Of a DNA stretch of 63,702 nucleotides, positions 23,816 through 36,680 are shown one piece after another; position 1 is the first letter of the stretch, and each line of letters starts with the position of its first letter. The stretch spans positions 67,867,291-67,930,992 of the forward strand of contig NC_068985.1 of NCBI RefSeq assembly GCF_001194135.2, read 5' to 3'. This DNA is from Octopus bimaculoides. Taxonomy: Eukaryota. The position numbers and the translations under genes are program-made. The notes under the pieces are model-generated. The model saw only the letters and a program-made list of their open reading frames with translations, ran no database searches and was not told where the DNA came from.

Positions 23816-24192
23816 TTCATTCCCAGAAATGTGGTGTTGTGATGTGGAAATGGCAACACATTTATTTTGTGGCATTTGCCAATAAAATCGGAAATATCTG
23901 AGTTATTTTCCACTTGGAAAAGATAATCCTGAAGAGGTATGCATTCCATAAAACAAATTTACAACGATAACGATTTTCCTGGGATGGAGAGTGATCTGAG
24001 TAAAAGTCTCAATCACTCAACCCGAATTCGACTTCTGATGGGTGTTGAAAAATGTGGTTTGGAAGACACTATCACGCAATAAAAACAAAACCCTGAAAGG
24101 AAAATTGGGTCAGAATAAGATTAGGGATTATGGTTAATTAGAACCCTGAAAGAGTAACAAAATTGATGTCCATATATAGATCCCAGGGGAGC

Positions 24193-24325
24193 AGGGACTG
24201 CAAGTGGCTGTGGAAGTGAGGGACTGCAAGAAGGCTGTGGAAGTGAGGGACTGCAAGAAGGTTGTGGAAGTGAGGGACTGCAAGAAGGTTGTGGAAGTGA
24301 GGGACTGCAAGAAGGTTGTGGAAGT
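24193..24325. repeat. 27-bp minisatellite (GTGGAAGTGAGGGACTGCAAGAAGGTT) x ~5
   Basis: Read directly from the sequence. Confidence 0.95.
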
Positions 24326-26234
24326 CAGAAGGACTTTTTAAGACTGAAGGCAACATTTGGTCCATCCGTTAAACATCCGCATATTTTCTGTCCTAGAAAA
24401 TTTGTGTTTGGCTTTAAGACACGCATGCTCATTTGTGATGTTCAAAAACGTGATACCTGAGATGTATCTAGGAGTCTGATTTCATTATTCATAGTAATTC
24501 CCTTAACTCCACATAATGGTTTGTGTTCAGATAGTACAGTCAATATTTGTGCAGTTCTTGCAACCTTTTTCTGTCCTCTTAATGACCAAGACTCAGGCCT
24601 ATAAGATTTGGGTGTAATACACAGGTCTTCTATAGCACTACTTATGAAACTTACAGTGTAGTTTCAGAATTCATCTTCAAGATAAGATTTTATGTACACA
24701 TAATACCCTTAAAATACCAACAAAACACGTCATGAACCAATTTGTCAAAGCAAGTATGTCAATTGAACTAAACTCTCAAAATTGAATGGTCAATCCTGAA
24801 AAAAAGAAGCAAGTCAATAAAGGGATTGATTTTTCCGCAATTTTATTCCGTTCAATAAAATGTCACTTTTTCTTAATGGAAAAATATTTTACCTTGTTTC
24901 AAGACAAGTTTTCAACTTTTAATATGAACTGCTGTAGGAATTTTTCGACGTTTCTGATTCCGAGAAAGTTGGCACCGAACATATTAATATTTTGCCATCT
25001 TACACTGTACCATCTGCTTTACTGTTTTACCACAACTTCGAATATGTGGAAAGTACTATCATATTTTTGTAATTCTGAAGTTGAATTGTTTCCTTCCGAC
25101 TGTCGCATACGACATCTATATAATTTCATATGTGTGTTGTTTCTTTTATATTTTATTTTTACTATGGATATTTATCGATCAGGATATAGATTATACGTGT
25201 GTTTATTATATTATTGTCTTTTTATCTTCTTCTATTTCAGTATTCACTTTAAAAAAAGGACTCTTCTACTTTGAATTAATTGAATTGATATTTTACGTAT
25301 ATCTTTTTCTATCTCAGTAACTTCCCCACTTTTCTATCTTACATATTTCGAAATTGAATTACGTCTGTTTTTTTCTTTTTTTTTTTTTGTTCAAACTTAT
25401 TTTTCTATCTCTGTCCGTTTATACTTTTTCTTCTTTTCCCTCCTTCGCAACCTTCACTAGTAATAATTTCAGGTCTCAATCTACCTAATCTATTGCTGAT
25501 TTCTAATAACCTGCACCTCATCTCTATGATGTGTTGCTTTGTCTACACAGATGTGATACAAAATATCAGTTGCAACTAATAATTGCTCCCATTTTCTCTT
25601 CTTTTCTTCCATATTTTTTAATGCCCATCTCTTCTATATTCCTCTCTTTCTTTCTTCTATGTCTTTTTTCTTTCTTCCATTCTTGCCACTCCGACTTCTC
25701 TACAATTTGTTTATTTATCATTCATTTATTTCACTTCCGAGGTACTACTTCATCCGGATTTTAATTTCTATCTTTTAGGGCTTTTTTTTCTTTCTTAAAC
25801 ACTTATTTTCTAAAAGGGCTGTAATTATTATAAATATTTCCATGTAAGTAGGCAATTTGAATTTGAAATCATTTTCGGCGCATTTTTAATGCTGGGTATT
25901 CTTTTAGAGGATTATACTCATCGAACGGTTTCTTATTTAAAAAAAAAAATAATGCTCTGTCTAACCATTATTAAATGAGTATCTGATGAATTATTAAACA
26001 ATTATAGCTACTCCATTTATAAGTATTTATAAACGATCTAAACGTGCAAAATGCTCATGGTTGTCTAATGACTGTTTGCATGAACTTCTCTGTAAAAATT
26101 TTTTTAAAGCGTTTCAACTTAAACCTGTATTTTTATCTTTGATATTCTCATGTTATTTTCTGTGCATTCATTCGCAATTCAGTGCTATCTTCATACATGT
26201 ATCGGTGTATGTACACACACGCACACGCACACGC

Positions 26235-26280
<46 letters not shown>

Positions 26281-26400
26281 NNNNNNNNNNNNNNNNNNNN
26301 NNNNNNNNNNNNNNNNNNNNNNNNNNNNNNNNNNNNNNNNNNNNNNNNNNNNNNNNNNNNNNNNNNNNNNNNNNNNNNNNNNNNNNNNNNNNNNNNNNNN

Positions 26401-26445
<45 letters not shown>

Positions 26446-26467
26446 ATACACATTTATATATATATCA

Positions 26468-26820
26468 ATGGAGATGAGGCTGTGATGTAAGAAGTTTGTT
26501 TCCCAGTCTCAATGCAGAACAGCTTGAGCAAGTGTCCTCTACTATAGCTCCGGGCCGACCAGAAACTTGTGAGAGGATATGGTGCGCGGAAACTGAAAGA
26601 AGTCCGTAGTATGTATATGTGTGTGAGATAAGAGAGTGAGTGTGTGCTAGTTTGAGTGTTCAAGAGTGTCGGAATTTCTCCTTATATTTGTCCCCCAGTA
26701 TCGTTTAACAAACTATGATCTTTACACCACCGTAAATTAGCGGTTCCGTAAAATAGTCTGATATAATGAGTACCAGGCTTTAAATGCTAAATGTTAGGGT
26801 CGATCAGCTTGACTAAAACT
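26468..26820 (+). mobile_element. Decayed SINE with internal TA/TG microsatellite (same family as 59784)
   Basis: GCAAGTGTCCTCTACTATAGCTCCGGGCCGACC...GGAAACTGAAAGAAGTCCGT matches the 59784 copy. A 3' part follows (TTAGCGGTTCCG...GGGTCGAT). Confidence 0.7.
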
Positions 26821-28199
26821 ATACACGCACAGATATTTGTATTTTATTAACATGGCCATGAAACGAAGAGATATTACATAGTATATATATACTATATTAA
26901 AAAACCAGCAAAGATATCATAAAAACTATTATTAACAGCAAATTGGTCATCTCCACTTACAGCCATTAACACTCAATAAGCATTAAATTTAAATTTACCC
27001 GACAGGAGCATAATACATAACTTTTTGAATTCATTTTAGCAGACTGAATGTTACGGTTTATGAATAGTATTGATATATGCTCGGGTGAGAGGTTTACAGT
27101 TTGATTTCAAACGAATAAATAAAGAAAATATATATAATAGAAGAAAGTTAAATNNNNNNNNNNNNNNNNNNNNNNNNNNNNNNNNNNNNNNNNNNNNNNN
27201 NNNNNNNNNNNNNNNNNNNNNNNNNNNNNNNNNNNNNNNNNNNNNNNNNNNNNNNNNNNNNNNNNNNNNNNNNNNNNNNNNNNNNNNNNNNNNNNNNNNN
27301 NNNNNNNNNNNNNNNNNNNNNNNNNNNNNNNNNNNNNNNNNNNNNNNNNNNNNNNNNNNNNNNNNNNNNNNNNNNNNNNNNNNNNNNNNNNNNNNNNNNN
27401 NNNNNNNNNNNNNNNNNNNNNNNNNNNNNNNNNNNNNNNNNNNNNNNNNNNNNNNNNNNNNNNNNNNNNNNNNNNNNNNNATATATATAGGTTAGTAGAG
27501 TTAGAGGTTGGAAGAACCGCCTAAGGGATAAAAGTATCCGTTTATCAGGAATTAAATTTAAGGTAAATAGAAAATGCAGAAATATTGATCACTAACAATT
27601 GACTTTCATCAATTATTATTTTTAATTCTATACAAATAGACTGTATTCTATCACACAGCTGCTTCTGTTTCCAATGATATATGGTATTACCACTGGTATT
27701 CGAAAAATAATATTCATCAAATTTAGTAATAAATCCGATCTGGAACATGGAGCTTCATCAGAGTGAAGAAAAATATGTACGTAAAAGAAAAGAACAGAAG
27801 AAAAGAGCCTCGAGGGGAAAAGCAAATGCTTAATATGTTCAACTAATACCATTTTTGCTTACGTGTTGCTTTGGGACGTTGAGTAGATGATCAAACTGAA
27901 AATAGTAATAGGTGGGTTAATTTTTATATGGGGATAATAGGGTGGATTTATTCATACTTTATACACACATACATGTACATCTCAGCTTAGATATGTATAC
28001 ACACACGGTCATACGTGTGCATATATACCTACCTCCATACGCACACACGCATAAATGTATATATGGATATGTTTACATATATGTATGCATATACACCCAT
28101 ACACTTATACTTCAGCATGTGTATATATTCACGTACACGTTCATATCTACATATATATACATTCCTACATACATGCATACATACGCACGCACAAATAAG

Positions 28200-28236
<37 letters not shown>

Positions 28237-28715
28237 NNNNNNNNNNNNNNNNNNNNNNNNNNNNNNNNNNNNNNNNNNNNNNNNNNNNNNNNNNNNNNNN
28301 NNNNNNNNNNNNNNNNNNNNNNNNNNNNNNNNNNNNNNNNNNNNNNNNNNNNNNNNNNNNNNNNNNNNNNNNNNNNNNNNNNNNNNNNNNNNNNNNNNNN
28401 NNNNNNNNNNNNNNNNNNNNNNNNNNNNNNNNNNNNNNNNNNNNNNNNNNNNNNNNNNNNNNNNNNNNNNNNNNNNNNNNNNNNNNNNNNNNNNNNNNNN
28501 NNNNNNNNNNNNNNNNNNNNNNNNNNNNNNNNNNNNNNNNNNNNNNNNNNNNNNNNNNNNNNNNNNNNNNNNNNNNNNNNNNNNNNNNNNNNNNATATAT
28601 ATATATATATATATATACATACATACATACACACCGACAAACGCAGGTATGCATTCGTACACTCACGCGTACTAATCCGCATGTGCATCTGCTCATATGC
28701 ATACATACATATACA

Positions 28716-29246
28716 TCTAGTATATATAAATCACAGTATGTGTGTATAATGAGTATCGCATACATTCCCACAATTCTCAGCCTATTTTCACCACACTTTA
28801 CATACACATTACTTATGTCCCAAGGATGATCATGCACTACAACACTTTGCACAGAATCATCGCGTAAATGGACGTAAATGGCCATAGTTATTTGAATGTA
28901 GGGTCTTCCATATTTTTCAATCTTTTTATAAAAGTGAAAGGATTTTTCTATTTATTTATTTCCACTGTCCATCAGCGACGGGGATTAATTTGACTAGGAA
29001 CACTTAAGGCATACATTTCCACAATTCTCAACCGATTTTCACAAAACTTTACACACACATTACTTATGTCTCAAAGAGGGTCATGTACCAAATATTTTGC
29101 TAAGTGCTCCCGCGTAAATGGACAGAGATTTTGCATGTAGGGTCTTCCAAAATATTTTTCATCTTTTTATGCAAGTGAAAGGATATTATCTATTTATTTA
29201 TGTTCACTGTCCACCTGCCATATTGATTGAATTGACTGGGAACACC
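28716..29246 (+). mobile_element. Helitron-like 5' end followed by two tandem ~251-bp units (28761-29011, 29012-29246)
   Basis: A|TCTAGTATATATAAA start. Each unit has ACAATTCTCA(A/G)CC(G/T)ATTTTCAC..ACTTTACA, like the motif at ~5130, and GTAGGGTCTTCCA...AAGTGAAAGGAT. Confidence 0.55.
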
Positions 29247-30069
29247 GTACTTTATCCATATCCAATACCAAACAATCTTAATCTCCATATTTAAACTGCA
29301 TTAAGCTTTGGCAAGCTTACCTATTCTGAGTTACTTGAAAGGTGATGCTCCCTTCCCTCTCTTCTATTTGTTGATAACTTTGTTTTCCTACCAATGCATT
29401 CTTTCACTTTAAGGATGCTTACTTACCCATCCATTTTGATATTTCGACTGTTGTTCATTGTTTGAAATACGATTTAGCATTTTAGTTCTAGCCTTTTTTA
29501 AAACAATCACATATGATTTATCCCAGAGAATCAACCTTTAAATAAGAGTTTTCCCTCCACTAGCGAAAGCTATAGTGTCTTTCAGAAAGCTCCATACCAC
29601 TTTAACTTTATGTAGAATGCTCTGTCAGTTTAGGTGAAGACTATGTGGGTATACAGAATAAAGGAGGTTTGTTAGCTCATCTCTCTGAAAAAAATAGCTC
29701 CATATCTTGTTGAAGAAAAATAAATTCGAATGGAAGAAGTTTCAACGTCTTCCTTCAATTTCATTACACCATTTATATGGCTATTTCTGACAAGAAATTT
29801 CTCTTTCATGTTGAAAAGCAATATTTTGTAGTCATTATCCGCAATCTACTCCGAAATCACTTCAATAGATCTACGTTGCATCGCTTCCAAACTTATATAT
29901 TCTACGATCATTAAAGTGCCATTACTTTCACAATAACTAGCCTTCAATTTGATTTTCTGTTCCTATGTTAATCGGAAACATAAATTGCCGTGCATCTCAT
30001 AAACCTTCTCGGTAGTTCAAATATTTTGAGAAAAATATAATATACCAACAAAGCAACTTAAACCATTCA

Positions 30070-30117
<48 letters not shown>

Positions 30118-30216
30118 TACACCTCTTATATATATCTATAGCACTTTTGTCTTAATAACGGTCGACCACACAGTAATTTCCCTTTGGTTAATGGTAATTT
30201 TTCACAGGAATTTCAA

Positions 30217-30290
30217 TGGCCGGATGACTGAAGAGATGTTGGCATGGGTTCCCACTCCGGCATCCGAAACTCGAAGTTTTATCATGGCTA
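30217..30290 (+). ncRNA. Type I hammerhead ribozyme motif, nearly intact, upstream of a Naiad-like PLE
   Basis: Stem I 5' UGGCCGGAUGA; core CUGAAGA 30228-30234; stem II GAUGUUGG/CCGGCAUC with one extra C; GAAAC 30266-30270; stem III ACU-cga-AGU; predicted GUU cleavage after 30278; stem I 3' UUAUCAUGGCUA. Confidence 0.7.
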
Positions 30291-30848
30291 CCGAATAAGT
30301 GTCACATATGTTTAAAGACGTATATATATATATATAAACACGCATATACATATACAGTCATATATGTATACACACATCTACATAAATAAACGTATGCTCA
30401 CATATGCACACTAACGTGTATGTGCACATAATCACAATGTGTATATACATATATACTCATACACATACGCACACACATATACACATATGTATATCCATAT
30501 ATGCATATTATACATATATATAGACACACCTACATATATATATATACTAACGTGTGCTCAAGTAATAGGAGGGCATTTTGTATAGTTGTATTTAAAAAAC
30601 TTATATAAATCTTGAGAGAATTATATAAGTGGAAGATAAATTAGAAGAATAGAGGCGCATGTAAATAGGCAGATGTTAATTTAAAATTATGCATATATAT
30701 AAATAAATAAATATATATACATATATACGCACACAGGCATACATATATATATGGATATGTTTACATATATGTATGCATATACACCCATACACTTATACTT
30801 CAGCATGTGTATATATTCACGTACACGTTCATATCTACATATATATAC

Positions 30849-33405
30849 ATAGATAGGACTGAACCAATAGTTCCAGCTGAACCTAGGATTAATTTAAAAG
30901 ACCATAAGAAGAACTTCCGAGATAACCCATCTGTGAGACTCATTTGCCTATCTAAGTCTGACATTTGCAGACTCAGTAAGCTTATACTAGACAGGATTCT
31001 ACCTCTAATAATTCCTAATTTATCCTTAAAGTTATGGAACAATACCGAAGAAGCACTAAACTGGTTTAAATCTATTGACAACACTAAACACTTTTCGTTT
31101 ATTCAGTTTGATATAAATAACTATTATTCTAGCATATCCCTCAATCTCCTAAATAGAGCCCTCGTTTTTGCTATGAATCGCTCCCTCATTACTAGGGATA
31201 AGATAGACATTATTTTATTAGCTAGAAAAAATATTATCGAATTTGATAACAAGCACTGGATGAGAGCCGATACCCCAGAATACTTTGATATACCAATGGG
31301 ATCGAGTGATTCGGCTGAGGTTACAAACCTAGTGGGGGCTTACATCTTATATCGCTTAAACAAAGAAATCCCTGAACTAAAAGGTGGTCTATATAGAGAT
31401 GATGCTTTATTCATCATCCCTAGTAATAACAAATCATTCATTGAGAGAATAAGAAAGAAAATTGGGAAATTTTTTAGAAGTTTTAACTTAGACATTACTT
31501 ATGAATATTGTAATAAAATTGTAAATTTTTTAGATACCACTCTCAACGTAGAAACTAGATTATACCACCCATATAGAAAAGAAAATGCAGTTACTAGATA
31601 TGTAAGTAGATTGTCCAATCATCCACCAAATGTATTAAATTCTTTAGTTAAAAGTATTTCTGAGAGAATTACTAAATTATCCTCCAACATTGATTATATA
31701 TAATTCTAATTCTAACTACTATAATATGGCCTTGTCTAAAGCTGGATATGCCCAAAAAATTTCTTTCCTTAGCCCTGGTAGAACAAATCTTCTTGATGCA
31801 GATAACAATAATAATAATAATGATATTAGTACACATGGTAACAATAACAACAATAATAATGATAATAATAATAATAATAATAATAATCATAGGTGTCATA
31901 ACAAACCTAATAACTTAAGTAGTAGTAGTAATGGACCAAATAAAAAGCAACCCTATTTGCCTAAAAATTCAACTAATAAGAAAAGTAATAAAGTGCATTT
32001 TAATAGTAAACTACATGCTAACACTAGTAATAAACCAATGTTAGTAGACAATAGTGTTGAATCTAATGATAAAAATAATAAGCATCCCACAACTAAAAGA
32101 ACTACAATTCATAATAATAATATTGTTATGGGAAATAATAGTAATCATAGCACACCCCATACTCACCCACGCAATAAATTTAAGAGAAAAAATAAAAACT
32201 CTATCTGGTTAAATATACCCTTCAACTGTGCAATATCCACAACTATCTACAAAAAATTCATGAATATTGTACAAAAAAATTTCCCTTCTTCCCACAGATA
32301 TAGTAAAATCTTCTCTTGTCATACAATCAGAATTTCTTACTCTACCCTTCCTAATCTAGGTACAATCATAGCTAGGTTAAACAAAAAGAACATCAAGTCA
32401 GCTAGAATAAATGAAGTTATAAATAGTGGTCATATGAATACACATAATAATCTAGCAAATACCAATAATGATGCTACTAATAATTATACAAATACAAGTG
32501 AAAATAACAATGGCAAAATAAATTATGAAGATAATAACAATATGCTTAGTCCTACCAACCATAATTTCAACCAACAAATATAATGCATCAGTAATGGCGT
32601 TGCGGTTCTAACTGAAGTTGATGATAGGCCCAACTCCAATAGAAATAATAGTGAACAAGGACCTAGTTCATATAATGTCAATATGCCTAATGTTGAAGGA
32701 ATAAGTCCAACTGATAGCGCATCAAGAAATGAATTAAATAATGATGGTAATAATCAATATATACCTAATAGTGGAATGATATTAGTGTAAATAATTGTAG
32801 TAATAATAATAATAGAGATATTAGAAATAATATAGGTGGTGTTGATAACCCCATCATGTGCAACTGTAGAAAAAAGTCCCATTGTCCTTTATTTGGATTT
32901 TGTTGCACCCGTAGCGTAGTGTACAGATGCATCATTAGTACAATAACCGAGAATTATATTTATATAGGATGTAGTATTAACATGAGACAGAGAATATATA
33001 ACCATAGGTCTTCGTTTAGACTTAGACATAAGGCAAATAGTACGACATTGGCAAGTAAAATTTGGGAGTTAAAAGATAATGGTATTAATTTTAGCCTTAA
33101 ATGGGAAATTATAAGAAAAGCTCAACCNNNNNNNNNNNNNNNNNNNNNNNNNNNNNNNNNNNNNNNNNNNNNNNNNNNNNNNNNNNNNNNNNNNNNNNNN
33201 NNNNNNNNNNNNNNNNNNNNNNNNNNNNNNNNNNNNNNNNNNNNNNNNNNNNNNNNNNNNNNNNNNNNNNNNNNNNNNNNNNNNNNNNNNNNNNNNNNNN
33301 NNNNNNNNNNNNNNNNNNNNNNNNNNNNNNNNNAATAATAGATTAGACCTTAGGGCATCATGTGTACACTGCTCTACTCGCACTTTTAAATTTAAAACAA
33401 AATAG
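30849..33405 (+). mobile_element. Naiad-like PLE ORF (5'-truncated): RT with YRDD, two long Asn-rich linkers, CNC..C..C zinc motif and GIY-YIG endonuclease; C-terminus partly in a gap
   Basis: IQFDINNYYSSI, FDIPMGSSDSAEVTNLVG, GGLYRDDAL, VNFLDTTLN, SNHPP, IWLNIPF...ISYSTLPNLGTII, CNCRKKSHCPLFGFCCTRSVVY...YIGCS, LASKIWELKD, and ASCVH after the gap. Two frameshifts (~31690, ~32770) and one TAA (32581). The clade name rests on recalled motifs. Confidence 0.85.
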
Positions 33406-34209
33406 GTCTTTATAAAGTAGCTAAAGTTATCAAATTATAGTACTTTACTTCTACCATGGTAATTTAGGACTATCAATAAGCACATAATTTTAAATTGATA
33501 ATTGAACCTTTATAACATATATTCCTGATCTCTCACCTTAACATTTAATCTACTTAAATCAATCATCAAGTTCCTGAATTGAATATCCTTGTTATTTCCT
33601 AGCATCTTTTCTTTTTTCAGTCCCTTAAACCTTAGTAAACACATTATTATAAACTAATATAAATCCGATAATAATTTTTATTCACATTATAAAAATAAAG
33701 CTCACCTATGTGTCTCCTAAATAGTATTTTTATTTTATTTTCAGCTATAGTTTTTTTAAGATAATTCAAAATAGCTTTCATGAACCCAATATACCTAATA
33801 TCCTTAAACTTTACACCCTACCTATAGCCCCAGAATTCAATACTGACATTATTTCGTGATTTTTGTATAGAATGATTACGTCTCTTTTTATTTATTTTAT
33901 TAACATACCTCTTATTGTGATAATATTGGTTAAACTAATATTGTTATCTGTATAACTATACTGATACTCTATTCAGATTAAAAGAAAAAAAAATTATTTG
34001 ACCTATATACCTAGGGTTTTAATTCCTCAACATTTTGATAGTAGTAAAATGACCTGGTACGACTCTGACCAGGGAAACCTTTATAATCTAATACATTTAT
34101 AGCTTACACCTTCCCTTTCCTTAGAAGTAATTGTCCCTTATGCTATCACCACTAGATAAGAGACAACAAAATCAGAGACAGTTAGAACTTTTGTCTAGAA
34201 TCAATTACT

Positions 34210-34295
34210 AGCCTGATGTCAAGATGGATGTCAAGATGGATTCATGGGTTCTCCCTCCCACTTGGATTTTATGTATTCTTTCTCCCACTTGGATT
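34210..34295 (+). ncRNA. Decayed hammerhead-like motif in the 3' region of the Naiad-like element
   Basis: CTGATG...CATGGGTTCTCCC...ACT...GAAATG shares the CATGGGTT..CCCACT loop with the 30217 motif. It is broken by two micro tandem duplications and stem II no longer pairs. Confidence 0.35.
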
Positions 34296-34581
34296 TGAAA
34301 TGTTGCCACAATTATAATATGTCTATTCTACTGTTATTTTCTGCATTTTCGTGCAGCTGAAGATTGCTCTTCATATTGCATTTAATGTAATGCTCGCATT
34401 ACTTAAATAAATGGGGTAGCATGAAACGTGCGTACTGCAATCATCTTTGAAATCCGTGTTGCTTATTTTGAATTTTTGATCACCTACTCTTTTGGAATGG
34501 TTTTTGTATAATACCATACCATACGATATTCTGGTGCCTACGCATAAGTACCATATTCAATCTTGAATCTAAATATAAACC

Positions 34582-34623
<42 letters not shown>

Positions 34624-34734
34624 TAACTGAATTACAGGTTAAAATTATCATCTAAAGGATAAAATTATCCATCATATTACGGGTACATTTAAACATGGGC
34701 AAATATGTTATGCTCATAAATTATAGGTAAAAAC

Positions 34735-35557
34735 AAGGATAAACAGAAGTTTATCAGGAATCAAAGAAATCAGAAAATGAAGATAATGTTGGTGAACAAC
34801 AATTGATTTGCATTAATTATCATTTATTAATTATTTACAAAAAGACTTCATCCCATCTTACAGCTGTTTCGTCCACCATAAACCCTACTACCTTAAATAG
34901 AGCTCTCTTTTTTGCTATGAACCACACTAAGATCAGCACGAAAGAAATCAACATAATCCTCACGGCTCAGAAATCTATTGTTGATTTTGATAATAAATTA
35001 TGGGCCAGTAAGGACACTCCTAATTATGCACTTTTATAATTATAAACACCTCAAACAGACGCTTAGAGCTACTTAAAAAGACGCAAGTACACATTTTTCA
35101 ATAGCTTCGGTTTTTCTATCATTATAGAGAATGAAAATTATTCAATCAACAACCTAGACGTTAAATGTATTTTAGCTACAAGGCTGCATGAACCTTTTAT
35201 GTAACTAAACCCTATCTTAAAATACATAAATTTGTCAAAAGTAATCTTCGAGATTCGATAAAATAGTCTCTTATTAAAAACATTAGTAAAAAGAATCTCT
35301 TACCACACTTCTAACGAGGTAGAAGAACGATACAACAAAACACTAAAAGACGCAGAATACAAAAGTTAAATGAAATATATTCGATATAATAATGAAATGA
35401 CTACTGTTAATATTAATAAAATTAAGAACAGTAATAATGAATATAGAAATATAACTAAATTAAGTAATAAAATAATATAGTCTATAGTCCCCAATACTAG
35501 CAAGAATAGAAATAACAAACCAATAATAATAAGAACAACAACAACAACAACAACAAC

Positions 35558-35618
<61 letters not shown>

Positions 35619-36344
35619 TAGAAAGAATGGAATGAAACACACTATAAATAATACCAACAATAACACTAATCAAGACAGCAACAATAACAAGATATTATAA
35701 GCAGAAATCCAGTGGTAGCACTATCATTGGTGGGATTAACGTGTGCAACAAAGATAATGAGATGATAAATAGAAATAATCATAAACATAACATTCATCAC
35801 TCGCACAGCAATAAAAATGTGTCGCTTGTTAAGAATACTGTAAAGCCATATTAATTGGCTTTTACTCCGGTATGCTAGGCAAATTAAAAGTAACTTAGTC
35901 AGATTTATATTCAAAATTATAAATAAACTCTATGATAAAAATAAGAGGTAGTCAGAAATTATCAACAATAGATAAATAAAAGTAGGTTACAGTCTTACAC
36001 ATAACTTAGCTAGCATCATTTCCTCCTCAGATAACTAAAAACTAGATATTTTGATTTAGAAAGAAGTAATAACAATAACAATATCAATAATAAGAATAGT
36101 AATAATAAAAATAACAACTATTGTAGCCACACCAAACCTAGTAATGATAATACCAACTACAACAACCCTGCTAATTATAATACACATCATAATAACTCAT
36201 CTATAAATACTAATCTAGTAATAAATAACTGTCCCTCACAGTACAACCTATGTGACTTCAGAAATTAACGATAATTGCGTGCTCAATAACACATGTAAAA
36301 GAAAAAATGTATATAACAGTGCGCAGTTACAACACAGTATAGTA

Positions 36345-36379
<35 letters not shown>

Positions 36380-36680
36380 GCTACTGAAAGCGAATTGAAA
36401 GGAAGGTTAGCCGCACACCTACACACTTTCAGAAATAGAAATAAAATTATCTCGAGTAAGTAAATATATTTGGGAGCTTAAAGATAACGACATTAGCTTT
36501 GATTTAGAATGAAAATTTCTTACCACACCATCGTACAATGTAAAAGATAAGGAATGCCACTTGTGCATTAATGAAAACGTTTTCATATAAATAGCCTGAC
36601 TCCTATTACTTAACTCAAGGGAGGAACGAAATAAAGCTTGCCTGCACAAAGGTAAGAATGTTTTATCTAGATACAAATGA
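34735..36680 (+). mobile_element. Second Naiad-like PLE relic with an inverted pseudo-LTR piece (34735-34875) joined to a 5'-truncated, internally deleted body
   Basis: TLNRALFFAMNHTKISTKEINIILTAQKSIVDFDNKLW parallels the 30849 ORF. An AAT/AAC-rich linker, IKVGYSLTHNLASIIS, CVLNNTCKRKNV, YMGATESELKGRL and ECHLCINE...LNSREE...CLHK follow. Confidence 0.75.

Noticed and set aside
29250-30050. Non-repetitive stretch that might be a decayed transposase
   Set aside because: All frames checked are riddled with stops and show no motif.
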